NCBI GenBank assembly: GCA_963666985.2 | Contig: CAXXIA010000002.1 | Coordinates: 2,528,001 to 2,592,000 of the forward strand | Length of the DNA: 64,000 bases | Direction: 5' to 3' | Source: Spirochaetia bacterium | GTDB taxonomy: Bacteria; Spirochaetota; Spirochaetia; DSM-2461 | Part shown: piece by piece, positions 10,691-20,399 of the stretch | Layout: each line of letters starts with the position of its first letter | Numbering within the stretch: the stretch's first letter is position 1 | Program-made: the position numbers and the translations under genes | The notes under the pieces: generated by a model | Database searches by the model: none | What the model saw: only the letters and a program-made list of their open reading frames with translations | What the model was told of the DNA's origin: nothing

Positions 10691-11706
10691 AGAAATCTGA
10701 CATCACGCGCTTAATGCGCAAGCACGAAACTTACGTATTCCTCGCCATCCTGATCTTGACGGTTTTAATTACGGCTTTAAATCCCAATTTTCTGACGCTG
10801 GAAAATATTTTCGATATTCTCAAGAGCTATTCGTTCATCGGAATCTTGTCCATCGGCGTTTTGGTTGTGCTTATCTCCGGAGGGATGGATATTTCCTTTA
10901 CGGCCGTCGCCACGGTGGGCGAATATGTTATGGCCGTTATTATTTCCAAGCATACCGGGAACATCGTTATCGCCTTTGTTATTTCCATGGTCATCGGTTT
11001 TATCCTGGGAACGCTGAACGCGGTTTTGATTTACCGATTCAATATTCCTTCCATGATCGTCACTATTGGGAATCTGAATGTGTTCTACGGCCTGCTGATT
11101 GTATTCTCAGGAGGGAAATGGATTTACACCATGCCCGAATGGTTCGCCAAGTTCGCGGAGATTCGCCTGTTTTCTCTTGCCGCCGCCGATGGGGTTCAAT
11201 TCGGGCTGTCCATCATGACGGTTATCTGGATTCTTGTGATTCTCGTCGCCGCGTTTATTTTGAAGTTTACGGCGCTGGGCCGCAGTTTGTATGCCTTGGG
11301 CGGATGCGGTTCGGATAAAACACCGGCCCGAAGGGCGGGGATTAATGTTTTTAAGGTGCAGCTTTTCGTCTATTCCTTCATGGGCGTTATCGCCGGTATC
11401 GCCGGTGTGGTGCAGGCCCTTTTGGTTCAGGCCGTGGCTCCCAACAGTATTGTCGGCAAGGAGCTTAATGTCATTGCCGCGGTTGTTATCGGCGGCGCCA
11501 GCATTTCCGGCGGGACGGGAACCATTATCGGAACGCTGCTCGGCGTGTTCCTTTTGGCTGTGCTGAGTAACGGCCTCACTTTGATGCGGGTGCCGTCTTA
11601 TTGGTACGACGTTGTGATCGGTCTTGTCATCGTTGCCAGCGTCGGCGCCAGTGCGCTTCAGCAGAAAAGAAAAAATCAGCGGGCCATCGCCGTGGAGGAA
11701 CTATGA
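10687..11706 (+). CDS. Sugar ABC transporter permease
   Basis: GGMDISF, AAVVIGGASISGG; hydrophobic; ATGA overlap with upstream gene. Confidence 0.93.
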   Translation: MKKSDITRLMRKHETYVFLAILILTVLITALNPNFLTLENIFDILKSYSFIGILSIGVLVVLISGGMDISFTAVATVGEYVMAVIISKHTGNIVIAFVISMVIGFILGTLNAVLIYRFNIPSMIVTIGNLNVFYGLLIVFSGGKWIYTMPEWFAKFAEIRLFSLAAADGVQFGLSIMTVIWILVILVAAFILKFTALGRSLYALGGCGSDKTPARRAGINVFKVQLFVYSFMGVIAGIAGVVQALLVQAVAPNSIVGKELNVIAAVVIGGASISGGTGTIIGTLLGVFLLAVLSNGLTLMRVPSYWYDVVIGLVIVASVGASALQQKRKNQRAIAVEEL

Positions 11707-12707
11707 GCGGGAATGTCATGAGGAAGAAATCCAACTTTCTGGAGAACGAATACACCCTTTTGGGAATTATCATCGTCGTGATGCTGCTGCTCATGGGGAT
11801 TCTGAATCCGTCCCGTTTTTTCAGAATTACCAATCTGCAGTCCATGGCTTTCCAGATGCCCGAATTGGGGCTTTTGTCTTTGGGTATGATGCTGGTGATG
11901 CTGACCGGAGGCATCAATCTTTCCATAATCGCTTCGGCGAATCTCTCGGGGATTCTCATGGCACTGGTGCTGAACGCCATGGCGCCGCCCGATCTTTATA
12001 CGGGAGCCGGATTGGGCGCGGCATTAACGGCCGTCGCCGTCGGGCTTGCGGCCGGCGTACTGGTGGGTGTGATCAACGGGTTTCTCGTTGCGAGAATCGG
12101 CGTATCTCCGATTCTGGCGACTTTGGGAATGATGACGCTTCTGGGAGGACTGAATATCCTTATTACCAAGGGCTATGTTATCTCGGGATTCCCGCCGGCC
12201 TTCCTGTTCTTGGGAAACGGCAAAGTTCTGGGACTGCCTTTTCCCTTCCTCATTTTTATCGTTATAGCTTTTATCGCGGGTTATGTGATGAAGCGGACTC
12301 CGTACGGTCTCGAAGTCTACATGCTGGGAACAAATGAAACCGCCGTTCGATATTCGGCGGTGGATGTACCGCGTGTTCTGATGAAAACGTATATCGTTTC
12401 CGGTCTGCTTTCTTCCGTCGCGGCCGTTGTGATGATTTCACGGTTCAATTCGGCAAAGTCCGATTACGGCGAGTCTTACCTTCTGGTGACTATTCTGGCG
12501 GCCGTGCTCGGCGGGACGGATGTGGACGGCGGATTCGGTAAGGTGTTGGGCCTGTTCCTGGCCTTGGTTATTCTGCAGATTATCGGCAGCGGACTCAATC
12601 TGCTTCAGGTGAACGCTTTTCTTACCCGGGCGATTTGGGGCCTGATTCTGGCCGCGGTGATGATCGGTCAGTACTACAGGGGGCGGGCCGCCACCCGGCG
12701 GAGATAG
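11703..12707 (+). CDS. Sugar ABC transporter permease
   Basis: GGINLSI, AAVLGGTDVDGG; start moved to the ATG overlapping the previous stop. Confidence 0.92.
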   Translation: MSGNVMRKKSNFLENEYTLLGIIIVVMLLLMGILNPSRFFRITNLQSMAFQMPELGLLSLGMMLVMLTGGINLSIIASANLSGILMALVLNAMAPPDLYTGAGLGAALTAVAVGLAAGVLVGVINGFLVARIGVSPILATLGMMTLLGGLNILITKGYVISGFPPAFLFLGNGKVLGLPFPFLIFIVIAFIAGYVMKRTPYGLEVYMLGTNETAVRYSAVDVPRVLMKTYIVSGLLSSVAAVVMISRFNSAKSDYGESYLLVTILAAVLGGTDVDGGFGKVLGLFLALVILQIIGSGLNLLQVNAFLTRAIWGLILAAVMIGQYYRGRAATRRR

Positions 12708-12903
12708 GAACGCGGACGGGGCTGTCGTATAGGCGGCCCCCGATGGGCCGCCTATGGGCCGCCGTTTTGTCCGTGATTCGCCGACTGGCCGAATGGAATC
12801 TCGGCCGCGGAATCCCGCGGCGAAAAGGGCAAAACCTTTCGAATCACCCGGATGATTCGGGAAACATAGACATCAATGTGTGTGTCCTTTAGGATCGGTA
12901 TTT

Positions 12904-13202
12904 ATGACGTCCACCCCTCTTTACCTGGCTTTGGATATCGGGGCCGCTTCCGGCGCGAAACTGGCTTTGTTTACAGATGGTTCCATGCCTATTACCGAAC
13001 CGAGAAACTGTGCTTTGCGGTATCATGAGGTTTTCGACGATTTCGTCGATGCCCTGCTCGCCGGCGCGGAAGAAACCCTCGGAGAAATGAACCGATCTTT
13101 CAAGGATCTGGCCGCGATCGGAATCGCCTCGGCGGGAATCCTCGGGAAAGACGGACGATTCCAGCTGTTTCATAACCGTCCGCAGTACAACGGATTCAAT
13201 CT
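12904..13202 (+). pseudogene. ROK-family protein, N-terminal part (interrupted by prophage)
   Basis: LALDIG, AIGIASAG; joins 48559 onward in frame once the prophage and one AATCT copy are removed. Confidence 0.9.
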
Positions 13203-13216
13203 TGTAACCGCTCGCC

Positions 13217-13250
13217 GAAAATGAAAAACAAATTCACTGAAAATGAAAAA
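13217..13250 (+). repeat. Left-end transposase-binding repeats GAAAATGAAAAA x2
   Basis: Copies at 13217-13228 and 13239-13250; inverted copy at 48528-48539 lies the same distance from the right end. Confidence 0.8.
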
Positions 13251-13302
13251 TGCAATTTTCAAAGTTATTCAAACGACAATTAAACTCTTTTTAAACAACC
13301 TT

Positions 13303-14112
13303 TCAGGACACATTTCCTGATATCTTACTGATCGAATAATTAGCTGTTAGTACTTCGATTTTCCTGCCCTGCCGTCCTTCTTTATCTCTGGACATTGACT
13401 TTGCCATGCTTAGCTCAAACGAATCCCAATGATTTTCTTTAATACGACTGGTCAACTCAGCATTACGAAAAGAACTTAATAAGAATCTACCTTCAATCTT
13501 TTCCAATTCGTTTAAAAGGTTTGAGAAATCCTCATCTGTATAGCCATCGTAATGTCCCATGTCCGTACCGACATATGGAGGATCAAGATAGAAGAAAGAC
13601 TCCGAAGTATCTCGACTTCGAATAATTCGTAATGCATCAGCACATTCAATTTGGACATCCTGAAGTCTGATTGCATAGTCATAAGTAAAAGCCTCTCGCT
13701 TTCGTCTGATAGTCTTTGAGGTAGAGCCTGAACGATCATACCCGAAGGAACCATTCAGCTTTGATCCATAAGATTGAGCGGACAACACCCAGACGGCCCA
13801 TGCTCTTTTTAAGCTGTCGAACATATCCGGATTCTGATAGATCACAGCCGCTTTTCGATGAAGATCCCTACTATGCAGGCTAATTTGGACTTCCTTCTCA
13901 AGACCAACAAAGTCTCGCTGCACCACATCGTAGAAATTGATCAACTCACTATTGATGTCATTAATTACTTCAACAGGAGATGGCTTCTTCTTGAAGAAGA
14001 CAGCTCCTCCTCCGATAAATGGCTCACAATAGATTTTATGATCCGGGATCAAAGATATGATTCTATCAGCCAGCTGTTGTTTCCCACCGTAGTAGGTTAA
14101 TGGTGTTTTCAC
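13303..14112 (-). CDS. Dam/D12-class DNA adenine methyltransferase (in the position of Mu mom)
   Basis: YYGGK, EPFIGGGAVFF, INDIN, YLDPPY; GTG start at 14112 after GGAGG. Confidence 0.92.
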   Translation of the reverse strand: MKTPLTYYGGKQQLADRIISLIPDHKIYCEPFIGGGAVFFKKKPSPVEVINDINSELINFYDVVQRDFVGLEKEVQISLHSRDLHRKAAVIYQNPDMFDSLKRAWAVWVLSAQSYGSKLNGSFGYDRSGSTSKTIRRKREAFTYDYAIRLQDVQIECADALRIIRSRDTSESFFYLDPPYVGTDMGHYDGYTDEDFSNLLNELEKIEGRFLLSSFRNAELTSRIKENHWDSFELSMAKSMSRDKEGRQGRKIEVLTANYSISKISGNVS

Positions 14113-14201
14113 TCTTCCCTCCAATAATGATGCAAAGTGATGATGAGGGATAAAGGAACGATGAGATTTCGCCGACCATAATTCTATGCAAATTAAGTGG
14201 T

Positions 14202-14268
14202 GGTGGCGGGTTTCCCGTAGGTGTTGGCGCACCTGTTCCGGGAGGGGTTTTCTCCTGGAGCCGCCACC
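14202..14268 (+). ncRNA. Putative structured RNA (three-way junction) upstream of, and antisense to, the methyltransferase gene
   Basis: GGTGGCGG/CCGCCACC closing stem plus two internal hairpins; G-U pairs form only on the + strand. Confidence 0.45.
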
Positions 14269-14292
14269 CTTTCCGGCGGCCCGCTAGAAATC

Positions 14293-14529
14293 TTATTCCG
14301 TAATAAACCGAACTGAGTGTTTATACCCGGAGTCTCTTGTTAAAAGCTCTGCCCTAAGCTTGTACGCCTTAGAAAGCTTTGCCTTTGTATCATCCGTAAC
14401 TTCAATCTCCCGAATGGTTTCAAGAATCTCAGATTCATACGGTTCATCAATAGTATTTCCTTCTTCGTCAGTGGTTTTTCGTGTCAGAGTTTCGTATTCA
14501 TCGGTGTGCTTGGTAAGTTGGATTGTCAT
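14293..14529 (-). CDS. Small phage protein downstream of the tail fibre (possible fibre chaperone)
   Basis: GGAGG RBS; position in tail operon. Confidence 0.6.
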   Translation of the reverse strand: MTIQLTKHTDEYETLTRKTTDEEGNTIDEPYESEILETIREIEVTDDTKAKLSKAYKLRAELLTRDSGYKHSVRFITE

Positions 14530-14538
14530 ATCGCCTCC

Positions 14539-16068
14539 TTATGTGGACGCCAGGTAACGGCCACCGTGTATATAAAAGAATCCGCCGAGGGCTTTCGGCT
14601 TGGTTTTGTCGCCAACACGTGGTGTTCCATTTGATCCGTCTGTTATGATGCCGTCGGTGTCGTAGTATTTGATAACTGTACTCTCGGCACGATCAAACCA
14701 CCCACCGTCGCCGTCGTCAGATGTCATTCCAAGTTGATGCTCATGCCCCTGGAAGAAATCCCGATGTCTAAGCCCTGAAATCGCAGAACCGTCAGAAGCC
14801 TCAGAAATCAAAGTTCGGTCGGAACACTCAAAGAGACGAGCCGTTGTGGTTGATCCCGGTATTCTGTAAGGATAAAAGGCGACCGTATAAGATCCGGTTC
14901 CTGAATTATCATCACCGGCATATGCAAACGAAATTGTCCTTGTTGACGGATCGATATCAGAGATTGCATAGTCGCCCGCAGCAATGTCTCCGATCACCGA
15001 GCTGAAAGAAATGGGCCTCCATCCGGAGTAAGAGTCATGAACCAGATTGTCCTCGGCCAAGGCCGCCAGAATCGCATTCTCCGCGTTATTATCAGCGAAG
15101 GTCAGGGTCGCAACATTCGAAGCGATTTCCCAAGCGGTGATTTCAAATTCTGATACTGCGCCTGTTCGACCTGTTTTGTAGGAAAGGGCTTCCGCACGAA
15201 GAAAAGGAACAAGGTCCGGATGATTTGTTTCACTTATATCTTTATATCCACTTATTGTGTTGAGGCAGATACCACCGAAAAAGCTTTTAGGATCAGAGAT
15301 GTCAAACGCAGAAAGTTCTTTGTACTTGGCGTTCCAAAAATATTCCCCGATATCCTTTTTATAGACGGTGCACTCTTTGATCAAAACATCAATATATTTC
15401 TTTGTACCGGCATCAGCATCAGCGTCCGGGTCAGCAAACTGCGCCCGACCGTTTCCATCTCGAACCACCATCCTTGATGCCGTAGCGGCGCTGACCGCAC
15501 CGTGGGCTGTGGTTAAATCGGCATGCTCATCAAGCTGCTTGAAAAAAGGAACCGGCCGCCGAGTCAAATCAATAGATAGGCACCCGGGTGTATCATAATC
15601 AAAGACGGCATCAACAAGCAGAAAGGCATCTTCATCAATTTCGGCATACCCGGCTTCACTTTCGGAGGCGGCCTCATCACCCTCAACAAAAGAGATAGAG
15701 ATACTTTCCGATTTTTCTTTCCAATAAGAGTTCCCGACTTCATCCTGGATTTCACCATCTTCAACTTGGCTGTAGGCACCGATTACAGCTACCTTTTTGT
15801 ACATCCCTGATGAGGGCCTTGTGATACCGGAGAAATCCAGAGTAAAGGCTTCCTCCACATTGATCATGCGACCTTGGCTATCCCATCCAAAACCGGTACT
15901 GATATCGACCGATCCATCGACAGCGGTCCGCTCCGGAATGAGCCCATAGACGATACCGGAGCCAAACAATCTGGCAATCTTTTGTAGATCGTTATGGGCA
16001 TTCTCCTGCATCCCTGAAAAGAAAGTAGCCGGTGGTTTGTACCCGGTTTTTACATTTAATAACTTCAT
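14539..16068 (-). CDS. Tail fibre protein
   Basis: Follows baseplate genes; C-terminal DFFQGHEH...GTPRVGDKTKPK collar/tip-like motif. Confidence 0.75.
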   Translation of the reverse strand: MKLLNVKTGYKPPATFFSGMQENAHNDLQKIARLFGSGIVYGLIPERTAVDGSVDISTGFGWDSQGRMINVEEAFTLDFSGITRPSSGMYKKVAVIGAYSQVEDGEIQDEVGNSYWKEKSESISISFVEGDEAASESEAGYAEIDEDAFLLVDAVFDYDTPGCLSIDLTRRPVPFFKQLDEHADLTTAHGAVSAATASRMVVRDGNGRAQFADPDADADAGTKKYIDVLIKECTVYKKDIGEYFWNAKYKELSAFDISDPKSFFGGICLNTISGYKDISETNHPDLVPFLRAEALSYKTGRTGAVSEFEITAWEIASNVATLTFADNNAENAILAALAEDNLVHDSYSGWRPISFSSVIGDIAAGDYAISDIDPSTRTISFAYAGDDNSGTGSYTVAFYPYRIPGSTTTARLFECSDRTLISEASDGSAISGLRHRDFFQGHEHQLGMTSDDGDGGWFDRAESTVIKYYDTDGIITDGSNGTPRVGDKTKPKALGGFFYIHGGRYLAST

Positions 16069-16080
16069 GAACCCTCCCTA

Positions 16081-16869
16081 TTAGCTTTCAATAATTGTTC
16101 GTGGAACAGATTCGTCCAGAACGACTTCAAGACGTTGATAAACACGAGCTTTCTGGGACTCATTCACATAGATCAGAACCATCTCGGTCTCATCCCAGAT
16201 TCTGGTCGGTACCAAGGATTGACCGGCTGAAAACGCATCATCGGGCATTAATTCACAGCTTGCATCGGTGATATCTTCCAGCTGTTCTTCGAGCCAAGAA
16301 GAGCCGCCATTTTCGCGAAGTTCCTCCATTGTTACCGGCGGGTAAGACACGTACTGCCATTCGATAATTTCTATTTCGATATCAGCCCCGAGGAACCAAT
16401 CAAGAAACTCATATGCATGGTTGTAATCATCTTGAGTCATATCCTTGATAAAGACGATCAGCCGTGAATCCCCGCCGATTCGCGTCTTCCCGATTGCCGA
16501 GTAGCCAACGGTGAATCCTTCTTCCGGATATTCAATATGCTTCCATCTGTCTGGAAATAGCTGATCCATGGTATCCACAAAGGTTCCATACTCACCGGTG
16601 GATTCCAGGGTAAAAGAACCGGTGGCCAGCCTTTCCCGATAGCTGTCATTCGTATCGAAGGTGAATCGGGGAATACCCATGGCATCCCCATGTTCAGGTA
16701 ACCTATCATCAGAACAGAGGGCCGGAAAATGATCCCGAAAAATGCTGTTTCCTGATTCCAATAAGTTCTCATTGCTTTTTGCAATGACTTTATAGAGACT
16801 GCGACGATTGGGCCTTTGAAGCCCTGGTGGATGGATGTACTTCATCAGCCATTTGAAGAGATCCATCAT
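16081..16869 (-). CDS. Baseplate wedge protein (gpI/gp48-like)
   Basis: Follows baseplate J; LPEHG...R...DTNDSYRERL motif. Confidence 0.65.
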   Translation of the reverse strand: MMDLFKWLMKYIHPPGLQRPNRRSLYKVIAKSNENLLESGNSIFRDHFPALCSDDRLPEHGDAMGIPRFTFDTNDSYRERLATGSFTLESTGEYGTFVDTMDQLFPDRWKHIEYPEEGFTVGYSAIGKTRIGGDSRLIVFIKDMTQDDYNHAYEFLDWFLGADIEIEIIEWQYVSYPPVTMEELRENGGSSWLEEQLEDITDASCELMPDDAFSAGQSLVPTRIWDETEMVLIYVNESQKARVYQRLEVVLDESVPRTIIES

Positions 16870-17933
16870 TCATCCACCTTGGTTGCCGTTATTGAAGAAG
16901 GAATAATTTTTTCATATTCCGCGCTACAGAGAATGTCTTGAGTCGGGCTGGTGAATTCATACTCGTCAATGTCCAATACAGGATCATTATCCGTATCCGT
17001 TAATGCATCCTGATACAGATCCTTCATCTTGATTGACTCACCGATGCTACGATTCAAGATCCACCATTGCAGTTTTTCTTCAACCTCGTCTTTAGTTGAG
17101 TTTCCGGAAAACTCCAAAATAAAATCCCGATTGATGGCCGTCGGCCCTAAGACAAGAGTGTCCCTGGCTACCAGCCTGGAATTAGCGATAGCCTCATTAA
17201 CCTTTTCGATTAATTCATCAGATGGAAGACCGCTGGTTGAGGCTACGACAACGTTGACGCTTCCCGGTCCTCTTGGTGCTCTGATAATCACCACATCCTG
17301 GACACCAGAGACTTCTCGGGCTAAGGTCTCATATTTTGAAGGCCGATTATCATCACCCTGGGCATCCCATTTGGCACTGATTCTGTCCTGCAAGGTTTCA
17401 TCGTCTTCTTCATCGGTACCGGACTGAGTAATCCAATCAGATGGAACGGCGACTGAATCCACGCCGGTTACAACTGAAGTAAAGGCGACCGAAGTTCCGG
17501 CTATGAGATTGTATTTTTCACCAACAAACTCGGCTTCAACGGGGATGTCAAATTCGCCAGAAACAAAGGATGTATCTTCTATCACTTTGAATCTGAGGCC
17601 GGATGTTGTCTTCAACCATTTCCCAGAGGTGACAGTTCCGGCCGAGTAGGCCGTGACTCGGAAATTGCCTTCTGTCTTCACCTGATCCGCAGGACTGATT
17701 CCAAGTTCAAGAGCCTTGATTTTCAAAATGAAACCGGTAGCCGATCTCCAGGTGATTTGAGTCGTAAAGAGATTCAGAATCTCCGAATAGACCTTATAAA
17801 AAACTCTTGCGAAAGTTTCCCAGATTGCGCGTAATTTCCCAGTACTCTTGAAGTTTTTAATGCCGGTTTCTTCCATCCCGATTTCGAGGATTTCTTCTCG
17901 GATATCATCAAGGCTCTTTTCTTCTATGGACAT
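16866..17933 (-). CDS. Baseplate J-like protein
   Basis: ATGFIL, VEAEFVGEKYN, GTDEEDDETLQDRI, PRGPGSVNV. Confidence 0.88.
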   Translation of the reverse strand: MSIEEKSLDDIREEILEIGMEETGIKNFKSTGKLRAIWETFARVFYKVYSEILNLFTTQITWRSATGFILKIKALELGISPADQVKTEGNFRVTAYSAGTVTSGKWLKTTSGLRFKVIEDTSFVSGEFDIPVEAEFVGEKYNLIAGTSVAFTSVVTGVDSVAVPSDWITQSGTDEEDDETLQDRISAKWDAQGDDNRPSKYETLAREVSGVQDVVIIRAPRGPGSVNVVVASTSGLPSDELIEKVNEAIANSRLVARDTLVLGPTAINRDFILEFSGNSTKDEVEEKLQWWILNRSIGESIKMKDLYQDALTDTDNDPVLDIDEYEFTSPTQDILCSAEYEKIIPSSITATKVDE

Positions 17934-18314
17934 CTATTCCCCCAATAAATCCTTTAAATCAAAGAGCAGTTCTTCTTCATCCACCGAACCGTAGAGAGTG
18001 AAAACCAGATAGTATTTACCGCTTTCGGTGTTCACTCCGCTTTCAACGGTATCAGGATCAATCCGGATATCTTCGATGGCCGCAGAACGAAGAGCGGAAA
18101 CAACTGTGCTGTCACTCACATCGTTATCTTTGATCAGATCCCGAACACCCTTCCCGATGGTGGGAGCCCAGAGTAAGTCACCGGCGGACACCATCACCGC
18201 TTCTTTGACATCTTGAGCCACAACCTGTCCGTCCTGGGCGATTTCGATATCACCGTCTTCGGTGAAAACAAAATCATCATCATCGTCGACGTATAAATCT
18301 TCATACAGACTCAT
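17934..18314 (-). CDS. Baseplate wedge protein (gp25/gp46-like)
   Basis: DGDI..AQD..W.PTIG..DIRIDP pattern; immediately upstream of J. Confidence 0.65.
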   Translation of the reverse strand: MSLYEDLYVDDDDDFVFTEDGDIEIAQDGQVVAQDVKEAVMVSAGDLLWAPTIGKGVRDLIKDNDVSDSTVVSALRSAAIEDIRIDPDTVESGVNTESGKYYLVFTLYGSVDEEELLFDLKDLLGE

Positions 18315-18544
18315 GTAATGCTTCCTGTTCCTGTACCGGTAACAGCCCCACCGGTGGCCGATGAGCCCGTTACGATCGTTGAGACAACAGCGGTCGATTG
18401 GATATGTGTAACGACTCTCTGTGCAATAAGGGCGGCCAGCTGATCGGCATATTCTTTTGCCGATATCCCGTCATCTTCAGACGCACTGAGAAAGAGGCTT
18501 ACTATGTCGGATTTCAGTTGCGTTTTCAGAACTGCGGCATCCAT
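18311..18544 (-). CDS. Small phage protein (possible spike-tip protein)
   Basis: Follows spike gene; Gly/Thr-rich C-terminus VTGTGTGSIT. Confidence 0.55.
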   Translation of the reverse strand: MDAAVLKTQLKSDIVSLFLSASEDDGISAKEYADQLAALIAQRVVTHIQSTAVVSTIVTGSSATGGAVTGTGTGSIT

Positions 18545-18547
18545 ACT

Positions 18548-19147
18548 TCATGCCTCCAAGAGCTGAGCAAGCTCATCTTTTATGGCCTTCAAGGCACTCT
18601 GGGAATCCGGGGAGACAACATGCTGAGGCGGAGATCCAATCGTCTTAATGGCGGCAGTCTGATCAATAATCTTTTCAAGAATGGCCTTCAGTGATTGTGC
18701 CGAGGTTGCCAGCTCAAAAAGCCCGGAAGAAGAAATCCTGAATTTCGATTTTCCCTTCACAATGACCAGTTCCCTCTTGGCGAAATCTCCGCAGTTGTAT
18801 TCCTGTCCCCAAATCCCGGAGATAAAAGGAAAGGCGGCCGAGCCTTCCAGAAAATCAACGACGACCAGCATGCCGTCCTCCGGTGGAGCGTATATCCCTT
18901 CGCCGTTTTGTCCTGCCCAGATCGGGCTTATCGCCACATCACCAATAACCCGCTCAGTCTCCTCCAAAGTTGAGGCATCCAAGACCTTGACCGTTATTGA
19001 ATAGGTACCTTTCCCTTTACCGGCATTGACCTTCTCCACCTTGGCCAGTACCGGTTTTTCCCTATTGGGATCTGCTATATCAAGCCAGTTTTTCAAGATT
19101 TTTTTCAGCTCATTTGTCCCCGGTATCATGAGGCGCTCCAATAACAC
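18548..19147 (-). CDS. Baseplate spike/assembly protein (gpV/gp45-like)
   Basis: OB-fold motif GIYAPPEDGMLVVVDFLEG...PFI; real start may be ATG 19129. Confidence 0.75.
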   Translation of the reverse strand: MLLERLMIPGTNELKKILKNWLDIADPNREKPVLAKVEKVNAGKGKGTYSITVKVLDASTLEETERVIGDVAISPIWAGQNGEGIYAPPEDGMLVVVDFLEGSAAFPFISGIWGQEYNCGDFAKRELVIVKGKSKFRISSSGLFELATSAQSLKAILEKIIDQTAAIKTIGSPPQHVVSPDSQSALKAIKDELAQLLEA

Positions 19148-19848
19148 ATTGTCCGAGACTGACGGGAAGAGAGAGAAATTAGAGAGCGGGTAATAATTCG
19201 CGCTACACCATCAACAGAAACACTCCTTCCGGCCAAAACCGGCAGAGCAAATGACGTCAACCGATCCCGGCTCTGCTGTAAAATGTTGGAACCTGTTTTG
19301 TACTCCACGGGAGAAGAGGGAAACGACGATTCGGGAAGGAAACAGAAACAATTATCCTGATCAAAAAAGGCGGAGTAGGTGCCATATTTATTCATCAGAT
19401 CAAGGAAGGAAAAAAGAGCTTCTTTCAAGGTACCGCGAAACGTGAAGCGGCTTATCTCAACATCCGCCACTTCTATGCTGTAGTTCTCAATTCCGCCTTG
19501 GGAAAGTATCTCAAGAAGAACACCTTGAGCACTCTCGTTGACAAAGGAAACATTAATATCGACGCCCGAAATATCCTGTTGCATGACAAGGCCGATACGA
19601 CCTTCGGATAAGGGCACAACCATTAACACCGGGCCTGTAAAAATGGTATGAAGTTTTCCTTCCGGGGAACGGAGAGAACAGACGACTTCATCGTCTTTAT
19701 CAAGCTCGTTTTCAGCCTTCAAAAAGATCATTTCACAAATGGGAGTTATCAGCGGCAGGCAGGTTGATAGTGTCATAATTGCGGGCCGAACATAGAAATT
19801 TGATCCGTTTTTTTTCAAAACCAAACGATAGGAGGATTCAAACATCAA
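19126..19848 (-). CDS. Baseplate hub protein (gp44/gpD-like)
   Basis: IFTG motif; lies between the post-TMP gene and the spike. Confidence 0.6.
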   Translation of the reverse strand: MMFESSYRLVLKKNGSNFYVRPAIMTLSTCLPLITPICEMIFLKAENELDKDDEVVCSLRSPEGKLHTIFTGPVLMVVPLSEGRIGLVMQQDISGVDINVSFVNESAQGVLLEILSQGGIENYSIEVADVEISRFTFRGTLKEALFSFLDLMNKYGTYSAFFDQDNCFCFLPESSFPSSPVEYKTGSNILQQSRDRLTSFALPVLAGRSVSVDGVARIITRSLISLSSRQSRTMCYWSAS

Positions 19849-20399
19849 AGCCCCCTATTGAGCATCTTTTCTTCAAGACGCTTTAGGGCCTGGACATCCT
19901 CTGAGTTATAAGAGGATGTCAATTCGGGATCCGGAAGTTCTTCTTCCTCGGAAGCCTGAGCCTGTTTACTTTCCTGAATGAGATCAATTTCGGGCTTATA
20001 CTCCCTGAACTTTAGCGCTCCGGTATACTCTTGTTTTCCCATTTGCTGGTCGGTCTGTAGACCGGAGAAAAAGGTTCTCGTAATCTTCCAGGCGGTAACA
20101 ATCGGTAAGTCGATTTCATAGATAATGGGGGCACCGGTAGAATCTGTTTTCTTGAAAAGCTCGACAACCTGAGCAAGCTTATCGGTCATGCTCTCTTTCT
20201 CATCACCAATAATTCGGATGTTGACCGAGATATCTCCGTCTTCCCAGCCTTTCAGCTGATACTTTTGACCGTTGGTTCCTTCGGTTGTTGCCGTATCGAA
20301 TATCAACTTGGAGCCTACCGAGGCCGAGACACAGAAGGCCGGTACCGCTTGAGGCGGATTACCAAGTTTCAGACCATCATCATCGAGAGAAATGATCAT
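19845..20399 (-). CDS. Tail tube initiator-like protein
   Basis: Directly after tape measure; GWED..I and LKFREY pattern. Confidence 0.55.
   Translation of the reverse strand: MIISLDDDGLKLGNPPQAVPAFCVSASVGSKLIFDTATTEGTNGQKYQLKGWEDGDISVNIRIIGDEKESMTDKLAQVVELFKKTDSTGAPIIYEIDLPIVTAWKITRTFFSGLQTDQQMGKQEYTGALKFREYKPEIDLIQESKQAQASEEEELPDPELTSSYNSEDVQALKRLEEKMLNRGL

Noticed and set aside
12710..12870. GC-rich short inverted repeats upstream of ROK
   Set aside because: Short and imperfect, consistent with an ordinary terminator or chance; no recognisable family.
12880..13224. Stand-alone 114-aa gene
   Set aside because: It is the truncated ROK N-terminus reading 6 codons into the phage end.
14293..16068. 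Invertible G-segment or diversity-generating retroelement at the tail fibre
   Set aside because: No invertase or reverse transcriptase gene, no second fibre C-terminus, and no template/variable repeat pair seen.
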